From: a bacterium
GTDB taxonomy: Bacteria > Krumholzibacteriota > Krumholzibacteriia > LZORAL124-64-63
Reading direction: 5' to 3'
NCBI GenBank assembly: GCA_031441465.1
Contig: JANOEP010000006.1
Location: 1-43,576, forward strand
DNA: 43,576 nucleotides
Shown here: positions 18,103 to 27,100 of the stretch, one piece after another
Numbering within the stretch: position 1 is the stretch's first letter
Layout: each line of letters starts with the position of its first letter
Program-made: the position numbers and the translations under genes
Notes under the pieces: model-generated
The model's input: the letters and a program-made list of their open reading frames with translations, nothing else
What the model was told of the DNA's origin: nothing
Databases searched by the model: none

Positions 18103-18852
18103 TCAACGCGGCCCTGTCGTCTCCGGGACGACGGGGCCGCGCTGCACCTGGGGGTTGCGGAACGTCACGGTCAGCACGTTCCAGAAGCCGGAGGGGTTCG
18201 AGCAGACGGCGAAATCCGGGGCGTAGACCCACTGATCGACCGCTTCCAGCACGGCGGCGGCGAAGGCCGGCCCCGCGTTGGACTCCAGCACGTAGGATCC
18301 CGCCACGGCGCCGCTCCCGCCCACGAAGAAGGCGACCTTCACCGTCAATTCGGGGATCAGTTGTTCGGCGGGCATCGCGCCGGCCGGGTAGAGCGGGTAG
18401 ACCTGCCGTACCAGATGGAAGCAGGGATCGGTCGAGGATGGCAGCCTCATCTCGATCGCGTCGTAGAGGCCGGTCCCGCCGCCGCCGGACGCCGCGCGGT
18501 CCGACTCGGCGACGTCCGTCGCGGACGAGGCCGTGAAGAGAGCGGCCGCCTGCGGCTGGGCGCTCGGCTGGTCGGACGCTTCGACCCGCCCGGCGGTGGC
18601 CGGCGCCGGCGGACCGGCCCGCCGTTGGGCATCCTGGTGCACGGGATCGTGGCCGCCGTCGATCGAGATCTGCGGCATGATGTGCAAGGCGCCAGCCGCG
18701 CCCGCGGAATGCTTCGTGACGGGTGCCGGCTCGTGACGCGGGCCGGCCGGGACGAGCAACAACAGCAGGCCGATCACCGCCCCGACGCTCGCGACGGCGA
18801 GGAAGCCGCACAGATCCTGCTCGTGCAGGTGGCGGCGTCGTTGCGCATCCAT
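18103..18852 (-). CDS. TonB C-terminal domain protein (energy-transducer-like)
   Basis: N-terminal TM helix, low-complexity linker, VYPLYPAGA..VKVAFFVGGSGAV....VLES..PAFAAAVLEAVDQWVYAP; start overlaps the amidase stop. Confidence 0.8.
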   Translation of the reverse strand: MDAQRRRHLHEQDLCGFLAVASVGAVIGLLLLLVPAGPRHEPAPVTKHSAGAAGALHIMPQISIDGGHDPVHQDAQRRAGPPAPATAGRVEASDQPSAQPQAAALFTASSATDVAESDRAASGGGGTGLYDAIEMRLPSSTDPCFHLVRQVYPLYPAGAMPAEQLIPELTVKVAFFVGGSGAVAGSYVLESNAGPAFAAAVLEAVDQWVYAPDFAVCSNPSGFWNVLTVTFRNPQVQRGPVVPETTGPR

Positions 18853-21233
18853 CAGCGCGCTGCCCCGGGCCCGGCCTGCGGGGTCGTGGCGACGGCGGGA
18901 TCCCACGCGAAGGACGTTGCGGTCGTCGTACCGTCGGCGTCGCCGTTCGTGACCAGCAGTTCCCACCCGCCGCCGCCGTGGATCTCGAAGGTGTGTCGGG
19001 CGCCCGGAAGGGGCAGTCGGGCCGGGGGATCGCCCGTGCGCGGCGGCAGCCACGACCAGTTGCCGTCGACCCGGATCCAGGCCGCGCGCTCGCCGAGGCG
19101 CGTCGCCGCCGCTTGCCCGTGCACGAGATCGCGCGGATCCCGCAGGCTCGCCAGCAGTTCGCGGCCGGCGAACCAGGCCGCGGCGGCGTTGAAGATCTCC
19201 GCGGCCACCGCCTGTTGGTAGGGGGGCGCGCGCCAGCGCTCCTCGTCGTCCACGGTCGCCGGCAGCGGCAGGGACACCTCCACGGCGGGACAGGCGGTTT
19301 GACGCAACAGGTAGCCGTAGGACTCGGCAACCGCCGGGGACGTGGACCCGCTCAGTGCGGCCAGGGTCTCCTGCAGCAAGCGCGCGGCGTGGCTTCCGCC
19401 GACGCTGCCGGGGTGATGGGTGAGCCGCCAATCGCCGCCGGGCGCGCGGCGCAGCGTCAGGAACAGCTCGGCGCCCTGCGCGTTCGCCTGCAGGATCTTC
19501 GCCTCGGGCGGCACCCAGCTTTCATCGGCTCGCGTCAGGCGCGCGTCGGCGCCGGCGCCGCGCAGCAGGTCCGCCAGGCGCAGCGCCACCTCCAGATTCA
19601 ACTCGCGGCCGGTCGTGCCCAGCGGGCAGAGCCCGTCGTCCTCGGCGGCGTCGCCGTGCGGATCGATCAGGATCCGGCGGCCGACGAGCGCGGGGATCAG
19701 CGGCGTCCAACGCAGCGTCTCCGGCGGCGCGACACTCGCCGGCCGCCAGGGTGTGCGGTGGCCGGTGTCGAGCAGCAACGGCAGGCAGCCGGGCTTCTCC
19801 AGCCAAGCCGGGGCGCCGGCGGCGACGGGGCAGGCGGGGGCGCGGGGATCGACGAGGAAGCCGTCCTGGTCGGCCTGGTCCAGCGCGATTCCGGGGAGGT
19901 GGCGCGCGCGCCAGCCGCCGCCGTCGCTGCCGCCTTCGAGCCAGATCCAGCGGGCGCCCGGTGGCAGCGCCCGCGATCCCGCCCGGGGCGCGCCCCGGCC
20001 CGCACCGGGAACGGAGGGCAGCAGCTGCCATCCCTCCGACGCGCCGAGGGGACCCAGCGGGAGGTGGCCGGCGGCGCTGTCGGCGCTGTCGATCCAGGTG
20101 GGCGCGCGCAGGGGCGCGGGCGAACCGCGGTCGAGGGCGCGCCAGTGGAGCAGCACGCGGGGCGAGGGCACGCCCTGCTCCGTCGTGCGGGTGACCTCGA
20201 TCCGCCGCCGCGTGGTGCGCCGCCGGACCACGACGCTCAACTCGGCGCTGCGGCCGGCGAGGTTGCGGCCGCGCAACTCGCAGCGGTAGTCGCCGTCGGT
20301 CATCGGCCGGGTGTGGCGCCAGACGACCGTCTCTCCGGAGGGCGACAGGGTGATCTCCGCGGCGACGCCGTCGACCCGCAGCGAGACCGACGACGGGTCG
20401 AGCGGCGGCGCGGCGCCGGGGGCGGCGCGGTCGGGCACGAAGCGCCAGGCGACCGCTTCGCCGCTTTGCGGCGTCGTGTCGCCGACGGCCTCCCAGAACG
20501 GCACGCCCTCGGCGAAATACGCCTGCAAGCCCTGGAAGTAGGCCTCCGCCTCGAGCTGGCGGAAGCGGGGCTGGGCCAGCTTGTCCTCGACCAGGGGGTT
20601 CGAGAGCATCGAGGGCTCGCCCAGGACCGCGGGCGCGGTCGCGGCGCGCAGGACGTGGAAGTTGCCGGCCATGATCCGCGCGGGGCTGATCTGCAGACGG
20701 CGCACCAGGTGCTTGTGGACGGCGCGGGCCAGGTCCAGGTCGGTGCCGTGTCGTCCGACCGGGTAGTAGGTTTGGGTCTCGTTGAGGTCGCGGTCGAGCT
20801 GCGCGTTGCTGTTGTGGTGCAGCGAGACGAAGACGTCGGGACGCCACGCCGCGCAGTGCGCCGCGCGGGCGGCGAGGTCGGCATTGACCGTGGAATCCGC
20901 GGGCGAGAGCAGATCGGCGTCGGCGGTGCGGGTCAGCGCGACCTCGGCTCCCGCGGCCGACAGCAGGTCCCGCAGTCGCAGGGCGACGTCCAGGTTGACC
21001 GTCGCCTCGTCGAGGCCGTCGCGGCCGACCACGCCGCGGAACACGCCGCCGTGGCCGGGGTCGAGCAGGATGCGGCGGCTCCGCAGCGGGCCATCGTCGC
21101 CGGTGGGGACGGGCGCCGTGGCCTCGGGGTAGCCCGTGTTCGCGGGCGGAGCCGTCCGGCGGGGCGCGCAGGACCCCAGCAGGGCGGCGACGATCAGGAC
21201 GACCCCAGGGGCCGCCCGGCGCGGAACGGTCAT
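18852..21233 (-). CDS. N-acetylmuramoyl-L-alanine amidase lipoprotein with two Amidase_3 domains
   Basis: SD GAGGAG; lipobox LGSC; domain 1 ILLDPGHGG/EATVNL/VSLHHN/AVLGE; domain 2 ILIDPHG/ELNLEVA..L..AGA...LTR/LLRQTACPAV. Confidence 0.88.
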   Translation of the reverse strand: MTVPRRAAPGVVLIVAALLGSCAPRRTAPPANTGYPEATAPVPTGDDGPLRSRRILLDPGHGGVFRGVVGRDGLDEATVNLDVALRLRDLLSAAGAEVALTRTADADLLSPADSTVNADLAARAAHCAAWRPDVFVSLHHNSNAQLDRDLNETQTYYPVGRHGTDLDLARAVHKHLVRRLQISPARIMAGNFHVLRAATAPAVLGEPSMLSNPLVEDKLAQPRFRQLEAEAYFQGLQAYFAEGVPFWEAVGDTTPQSGEAVAWRFVPDRAAPGAAPPLDPSSVSLRVDGVAAEITLSPSGETVVWRHTRPMTDGDYRCELRGRNLAGRSAELSVVVRRRTTRRRIEVTRTTEQGVPSPRVLLHWRALDRGSPAPLRAPTWIDSADSAAGHLPLGPLGASEGWQLLPSVPGAGRGAPRAGSRALPPGARWIWLEGGSDGGGWRARHLPGIALDQADQDGFLVDPRAPACPVAAGAPAWLEKPGCLPLLLDTGHRTPWRPASVAPPETLRWTPLIPALVGRRILIDPHGDAAEDDGLCPLGTTGRELNLEVALRLADLLRGAGADARLTRADESWVPPEAKILQANAQGAELFLTLRRAPGGDWRLTHHPGSVGGSHAARLLQETLAALSGSTSPAVAESYGYLLRQTACPAVEVSLPLPATVDDEERWRAPPYQQAVAAEIFNAAAAWFAGRELLASLRDPRDLVHGQAAATRLGERAAWIRVDGNWSWLPPRTGDPPARLPLPGARHTFEIHGGGGWELLVTNGDADGTTTATSFAWDPAVATTPQAGPGAAR

Positions 21234-21258
21234 CGGAACCCTCCTCGGTGCACCGGTG

Positions 21259-21342
21259 AGGGTAAGGGCGACGCGGCCGGGTGTCCAGCCGTGGTCGGGA
21301 CGACGGCCGCGGCTGGACACCGGATGGGGCGTCTGGTATTTT
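21259..21342. promoter_or_regulatory. Back-to-back divergent promoters inside an inverted repeat
   Basis: + strand TGGACA(21314-21319)-17-TATTTT(21337-21342) with extended TG; - strand TGGACA(21287-21282)-17-TACCCT(21264-21259); arms GTGTCCAGCCG/CGGCTGGACAC. Confidence 0.6.
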
Positions 21343-21414
21343 GAACGGCCATCGAACGCCGGCCGTCCCGTCGGGCCGGCGCGATCGTTGTGTCCGGCAC
21401 CGAACGGCAGGTCC

Positions 21415-22860
21415 ATGAGCGAGAACGTGCTGCGCCATCTCCCCTCGGTCGGACAGCTCCTGGAGCATCCCGAGGTCGCGGCTCTCGCACAGGGGGGCGC
21501 ACGGCCCTGGGTGACCCGGCTCGTCCAGCGCGTCGTCGACGAGGAACGTGCGCGCCTGCGTTCCGGCGGAGATGCCGGCGCCGACCCCGGCGTCGGCGTC
21601 GCCGAACGCGATGAGTTGACCCGGCGCGCGGTGGCCGCCGTCCTGCTCGGGCACCGGCGGGCTCTGCAGCCCGCGATGCGTCGGGTGATCAACGCCACGG
21701 GCATCCTCGTGCACACCAACCTGGGCCGCTCCCTTCATCCCGAACGCGCGATCGCCTGGGCCGCCGAAGCCGCGCGGCACAACCTCGACCTCGAAACGGA
21801 TCTCGCCGCGAACCGGCGCGGCCACCGCGGCCGCGGCGTCGAGTGGAAGCTGGCGCTGTTGACCGGCGCCGCCGACGCCCTGGTCGTCAACAACAACGCG
21901 GCCGCCCTGTGGCTGGCGGTGCGGGCCTGCGCCGGGACGAACAGGGTCGTGCTGTCGCGGGGCGAGGTCGTGGCGATCGGAGGTTCGTTCCGCCTGGACG
22001 AGATCCTGCGTGAGACCGGCTGCGAACTGGTCGAGGTCGGCACCACCAACCGGACTCGCCCGCAAGATTACCGCGAGGCCTTATGCCCCGGAGCGGTCGT
22101 GTTGAAGGTGCACCGCAGCAATTTCGTCCAGCAGGGCTTCGTCGAGGAAGTCGGTCTGCGCGAACTCGCCGATCTGTGCCGCGCCTCGGGTCAGGTCCTG
22201 ATCTACGACGCCGGCAGCGGTCAGCTCGCCGATCTCTCCGGGGCGGGACTGACCGGCCACCGGACCCTGGAACAGGATCTCGCGGACGGCCCCGACCTGG
22301 TGACCTGCAGCGGCGACAAGCTCCTGGGCGCGGGGCAGGCCGGTCTGGTGATGGGGCGGGCCGACCTGATCGACACCCTGCGCGCCCACCCGTTGCGCCG
22401 GGCCCTGCGCGTCGACAAGACGACGCTGGCGGCCCTCGACGGCACGCTGACCCATTACCTGGAGGGGACGCACGGGGAGGCCGTGCCCACGTTGGCCTTC
22501 CTGGCCCGTCCGCCGCACGAACTGGAGCGGCTGGCGAACCAGTTGCTCGCGCTGCTCTCGGACGTCGCACCCTCGGCTTGGCGCGGCGCCGTCGTCTCCG
22601 GTCTGGCCCAGGTGGGGGGAGGCTGTTCGGCCGACGCCGCGCTGCCGACGCGTCTGGTACAGTGGACCGGCCCCCACGACGAACTCGAGCACTGCCACCG
22701 CCGGCTGCGCACCGGGGACCCCGCGGTTCTGGCGCGCATCGGGCAGGATGGCTTGGCCTTCGATCTGCGGGCCCTGCGAGGCGAGGACCTGCCGCTGATC
22801 GCCGCGGCCTTGTCGTCGGCGTGGGCCCGTCCGCGGGCGAGCATCGGGGAGGCTCCTTGA
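21415..22860 (+). CDS. selA: L-seryl-tRNA(Sec) selenium transferase
   Basis: LRHLPSV, VINATGILVHTNLGR, VVNNNAAA, SRGEVVAIGGSFR, EVGTTNRT, KVHRSNF, SGDKLLG (PLP lysine), HPLRRALRVDK. Confidence 0.95.
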   Translation: MSENVLRHLPSVGQLLEHPEVAALAQGGARPWVTRLVQRVVDEERARLRSGGDAGADPGVGVAERDELTRRAVAAVLLGHRRALQPAMRRVINATGILVHTNLGRSLHPERAIAWAAEAARHNLDLETDLAANRRGHRGRGVEWKLALLTGAADALVVNNNAAALWLAVRACAGTNRVVLSRGEVVAIGGSFRLDEILRETGCELVEVGTTNRTRPQDYREALCPGAVVLKVHRSNFVQQGFVEEVGLRELADLCRASGQVLIYDAGSGQLADLSGAGLTGHRTLEQDLADGPDLVTCSGDKLLGAGQAGLVMGRADLIDTLRAHPLRRALRVDKTTLAALDGTLTHYLEGTHGEAVPTLAFLARPPHELERLANQLLALLSDVAPSAWRGAVVSGLAQVGGGCSADAALPTRLVQWTGPHDELEHCHRRLRTGDPAVLARIGQDGLAFDLRALRGEDLPLIAAALSSAWARPRASIGEAP

Positions 22861-24146
22861 GCAACCAGTCCAACCGTCTCGGCCCCCTGGGTCTGCCGCT
22901 GTACCCGACCGGCTTCACGGTCGAGGAGTTGCGGGTGGACAGCGGCCCCATGTTCTGGGAAGAGGTGCAGCGGCTCAGCGCGGGCGAGGCGCTCGCCGGC
23001 TTCGTCACCGACCACCTCGAGGCGCCCGGCGCACCGCGGGTTTGCGTGATCCTGGCGCCGCCCGACGCGACGGCGGCGCGCGCCGCCGCCGCGCTGATGA
23101 CCGCGCGCACCCTGGGGCGCCGCGGGCGTCGTGTCGCGGTGGTCGACGGCGACGACCTGTCGCCGGACCTCACGCGGTGGGCCGGCCGCACCGATGCCGA
23201 GGGCTGGATCGACGTGGTGCGCTACGGCTCGTCGCCGTCCGCCGCGGCCGCGGCCCTGCCCTGGGCCGCCCCCGGCGGGCTGCTGTTGGGCGTGGGCTCG
23301 TACCAACCGTGCCGGGTTTCCGGCGACGAAGTGCGCGCCCTCGTGGCGACCCTGCTCGCGGAAGTCGACATCGTGCTGGTGAGCGCCTCGACGGGGGATC
23401 GCGGCGCCGTGTGGGCGACCGTGCCCTCGTTGCGCGTTCTGTGCTGGGACCGGGCCGCCCTCGATTCATCGCTGTGCGAGGTCATGATCCGCGACGTGGG
23501 GCAGCTGGGGGACCCGCCGGCCGCCGCGCTGGTGTTCGCCGCCACCCGGGCCGCGCCCGAACTCCAGCACGAGCCGCGGCCGCGCCCGCCGCGCCGGCCG
23601 GGGAGGGTGCTCGCCGTCCTGGCCGTGCTGGTCGTGGTCGCCGGCGTCTGGTGGGCCGGCACCCTGCGGCGGTCGCGTGCCCTTCCGGCGGTGGCGACGA
23701 CGCTGGTTCCCGCGAGCGTGGACATCCAGCAGGACATTCATCCCGCCCAGCAATCTGTTGCCGTGATTCCGGATAGCGCTTCAGTAACGTCGGTCGACAC
23801 GGCCGCGGCGCCCGGCGTCGAACCTCGGCTTGCCGCCGCCACTCCCGCCGTCGCGGATCCGGCGAGGGCCGGCGACGCCTTCGCCGGCCCGGTGGGGACG
23901 GCGGGCTGGTGCCTCCACGTCTATTCGTTCGACGACAGCTTGCTGGCCCTCGAGGAAGTCGCCATCATGGCCGGCAAGGGCGTCGCCGGGTTGATCCACG
24001 CCGAAGACTCCGGCACCCGGCACCTGTTCCGCATCTATGCGGGGAACTTCCCCAGCCGCGCCGCGGCCCACGCGGCGCAAACGGATCTCTTCGCGCGCCT
24101 GCGGACGGACTGGGCCCAGCCCGTCGCCGCGGATCGCCTGCGCTGA
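22857..24146 (+). CDS. Membrane protein: degenerate MinD/ParA/Wzc-like N-domain, TM helix, C-terminal SPOR-like domain
   Basis: ARTLGRRGRRVAVVDGD..P.L..W; TM VLAVLAVLVVVAGVWW; WCLHVYSF…LFRIYAGNFPSRAAAHAAQ..L; TTG start overlapping the selA stop, SD GGAGG. Confidence 0.7.
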   Translation: MSNQSNRLGPLGLPLYPTGFTVEELRVDSGPMFWEEVQRLSAGEALAGFVTDHLEAPGAPRVCVILAPPDATAARAAAALMTARTLGRRGRRVAVVDGDDLSPDLTRWAGRTDAEGWIDVVRYGSSPSAAAAALPWAAPGGLLLGVGSYQPCRVSGDEVRALVATLLAEVDIVLVSASTGDRGAVWATVPSLRVLCWDRAALDSSLCEVMIRDVGQLGDPPAAALVFAATRAAPELQHEPRPRPPRRPGRVLAVLAVLVVVAGVWWAGTLRRSRALPAVATTLVPASVDIQQDIHPAQQSVAVIPDSASVTSVDTAAAPGVEPRLAAATPAVADPARAGDAFAGPVGTAGWCLHVYSFDDSLLALEEVAIMAGKGVAGLIHAEDSGTRHLFRIYAGNFPSRAAAHAAQTDLFARLRTDWAQPVAADRLR

Positions 24147-24183
24147 CGCGGCCCGGCCGCGGCGAACCCAGAAGGACACGCAC

Positions 24184-27100
24184 GTGAAACTGAAGCGGGT
24201 GGAACTGCAGGGATTCAAGTCGTTCGTCGACCGCACGACGCTCGAATTCGACGAGGGCATCACGGCCATCCTGGGGCCCAACGGCTGCGGCAAGAGCAAC
24301 ATCGTCGACGCGATCCGCTGGGTGCTCGGCGAGCAGTCGGCGAAGCAGCTGCGCGGCACGGTGATGGAGGACATCATCTTCAAGGGCACGGCCCGGCGCA
24401 AGCCGGTCGGCCTGTGCGAGGTGGCGCTGACCTTCACCAACGACAACCGCGCCATGCGCATCGACTACGACGAGGTGACGATCAAGCGCCGGGTCACGCG
24501 CGACGGGTTCTCGCAGTACTACCTGAACGACGCGCCGGTCCGGCTGAAGGACCTGCGCGACCTGTTCTTCGACACCGGCGTCAACAACACCGCCTACAGC
24601 GTCATCGAGCAGGAGAAGATCGGCCGTATCCTGAGCGAGAACAGCCAGGAGGTCCGCCTGCTGGTGGAAGAGGGCGCCGGCATCGTGCGCTACAAGGCCC
24701 GCCGCAAGGAAGCCCAGCGCAAGCTCGACCAGACCGAGCAGGACCTGCTGCGGCTGCGCGACATCAGCGAGGAGATCGGCCGGGAGGTGCGCTCGCTCCA
24801 GCGCCAGGTCGGCAAGGCCCGCCGCTACCAGCGTCTCTACGCCCAGTCCCGCGCCCTGGACCTGCTGCTCGCCGGCCGCACCGTGCAGCGGATGGACCAG
24901 CGCGAGCAGGAACTCGGCGAGCGGCGCCGGGAGCTGGCCGTGCTCGCCGAGGCCGACAGCGGCGAGCTGGCCGGGTTGCGGGCGCGCATCGAGGCCACCC
25001 GTCCCGCCGTCGACGAGCGCGAAGCCGAGCGCCACGGCCTCGAAGAGTCGCTGCAGGCCTTCGAGGAGCAGCTGCGCGGCGTGGAGCAGAAGTCGCTGCT
25101 GCTCGAGCACCGCATCGGCGACCACCAGCGCCGGCTCCAGGAGAGCACCGAATCCGTGGCCGACATCTGCAGCCGCCGCGAGACCGCGCACGCGGAACTG
25201 CACGACCTCGCGGACCGCAAGCAGGACCTGGCGGCGCGTTCCACGGAACTGGCCGCCGATCTGGCGCGCCTGCAGGAGGAGCTGCAGCTGATCGAGTCGC
25301 GGTACGACGCCGACCGCGGCGCCCTGGAGAAGGCTTCCCAGCTCAATCTGGAATTCATCGAGACGGACAACCGCCGCCAGTCCGACCTGCGGGAACTGGA
25401 GATCCGCCGCGAGAACCGCCACGAGCGCCTGCGGGTCCTGGAGCAGGAGGCGGCCCAGCAGCAGGAAGTGCGGCGGCGGGAAGACGCCCGCCTGCAGGAG
25501 TTCACCGTCCGTCAGGGCGAGCTGACCGAGGCCCGGCGCGGGCTGCTCGGCGAGCTGTCCGACGCCGAGCGCAAGCTCCAGGAAGCGCAGGCCGAGCGCG
25601 CGCGCCTGCGCGACGAAGTCGCGCTGCGCGAGGCGCGCAGCGAGTCGCTCCGCTCGCGCCACGAACTGCTCAAGCGGATCACCGAGAGCCTGCACGGCTA
25701 CGGCGGCGCCGCCCGCGAGGTCCTGCAGACCCGGCGCGGGGATCCCGGGATCCTCGGCAGCCTCGCCGAACAGCTGACGGTCGACGAGGGCTGGACGTCG
25801 GCCTTCGAGACCCTGCTCGGGGACGTCCTGGATTCGGTCGTGGTGAGCGACGACGGCAAGGCGCTCGACCTGGTCCGCCTGGTGCGCGAGGCGGAGAAGG
25901 GTCGCGCCAGTTTCCTGGTGGCCGACGCGCGCCCGTGCGCCGCCGACCTGTCGCCGCCGCCCGGCGGGCGCCCCGCTTCCGATCTGGTGCGCGGCCAAGG
26001 CGCGGCCACGCCCCACCTGCGGCGACTGCTGTCGCGGGTCTGGGCCTTCGAATCGGACGAGGCAGCACTCGCCGCCGCGGCGGCTCACGGCGCCGGCGAC
26101 CCCGTCGCCTGCCTGTCCCGCACCGGCCTGCTGGTCACCAGCGACGGCCTGGTGCGCGGAGGACGCGGCAAGAGCGAGGAGGTGAGCCTGCTCGGTCGCG
26201 GCGAAAAGCTGGAACGGCTGCAGGAGGACCTGGCCCGGCTCGCGCGCGAAATCGCGGAACACACCGCGCGCGTCGCGGACGCCGCACAGGGCGAGCAGAC
26301 GGAACGGACCCGGATCCAGGCCGGACGCGGGCAACTGGAGGAGCTGGACCGGCGCCTCGGGCGCGTCCACGTCGACGAAGCGGAAGCGCGCTCGCGCATC
26401 GACGGCGCGCAGCAGCGCCTGGCGGCGATCGCCCGCGACGCCGAACTGGCCCGGGACGGCCTGCGCGAGCTGGCGCACCAGGAGGCCGGCCTGCGCGGCA
26501 ACCTGGACGAGAGCGGGCGCCTGCGCAGCGACAGCAGCGTGCGCGTCGACGAACTGCGGACCGCCGTGAAACTGAGCGAACAGGCGCGCGAGTCGGCGCG
26601 GGTCGAGACCGGCGAGAAGAAGTTGCTGCAGTCGCGCCACCAGGGCGAGCTGCGCGAGCTGGAGACGGCGCTCACCCACCGCCGCGATGCGGTCGCCGAG
26701 ATGACGGCGGCCGAGGAGCGCCTGCGCCAGGAAATCGTTTCGCTGCGCGAGGAACTCGCCGGGATGGAGGAGGAGATCGTCAGCCGTCGCGCCCAGCTGG
26801 TGGCCGGGCTCGACGAGCGCGAACGGCGCCGCCTGCTGGTCCAGGCCAGCGCCGAGGCGATCTCGGGCCTGCACCAGGAGACCGCCGCGTGGCACGATCG
26901 CGTGCGCGGGATCGAATCCCAGCGGGCCGCCTGCCGCGACGAGGCCCACGGCCTCGAGACCGAGCAGGCGACCATGGAGGTCCGTCGCGCCAACCTGGTC
27001 GAGCGGGTCGAGGAGCAGTACAAGGGACGCTTCCGCGAACTCGTGCGCGCCGTCGATCCCGAAGCCCTGCCGCCGGAACTGGAGCGCGACGGCGACGTCT

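Noticed and set aside
21234..21414. tRNA-Sec (selC) in the spacer before selA
   Set aside because: No TCA anticodon arm, T loop or cloverleaf.
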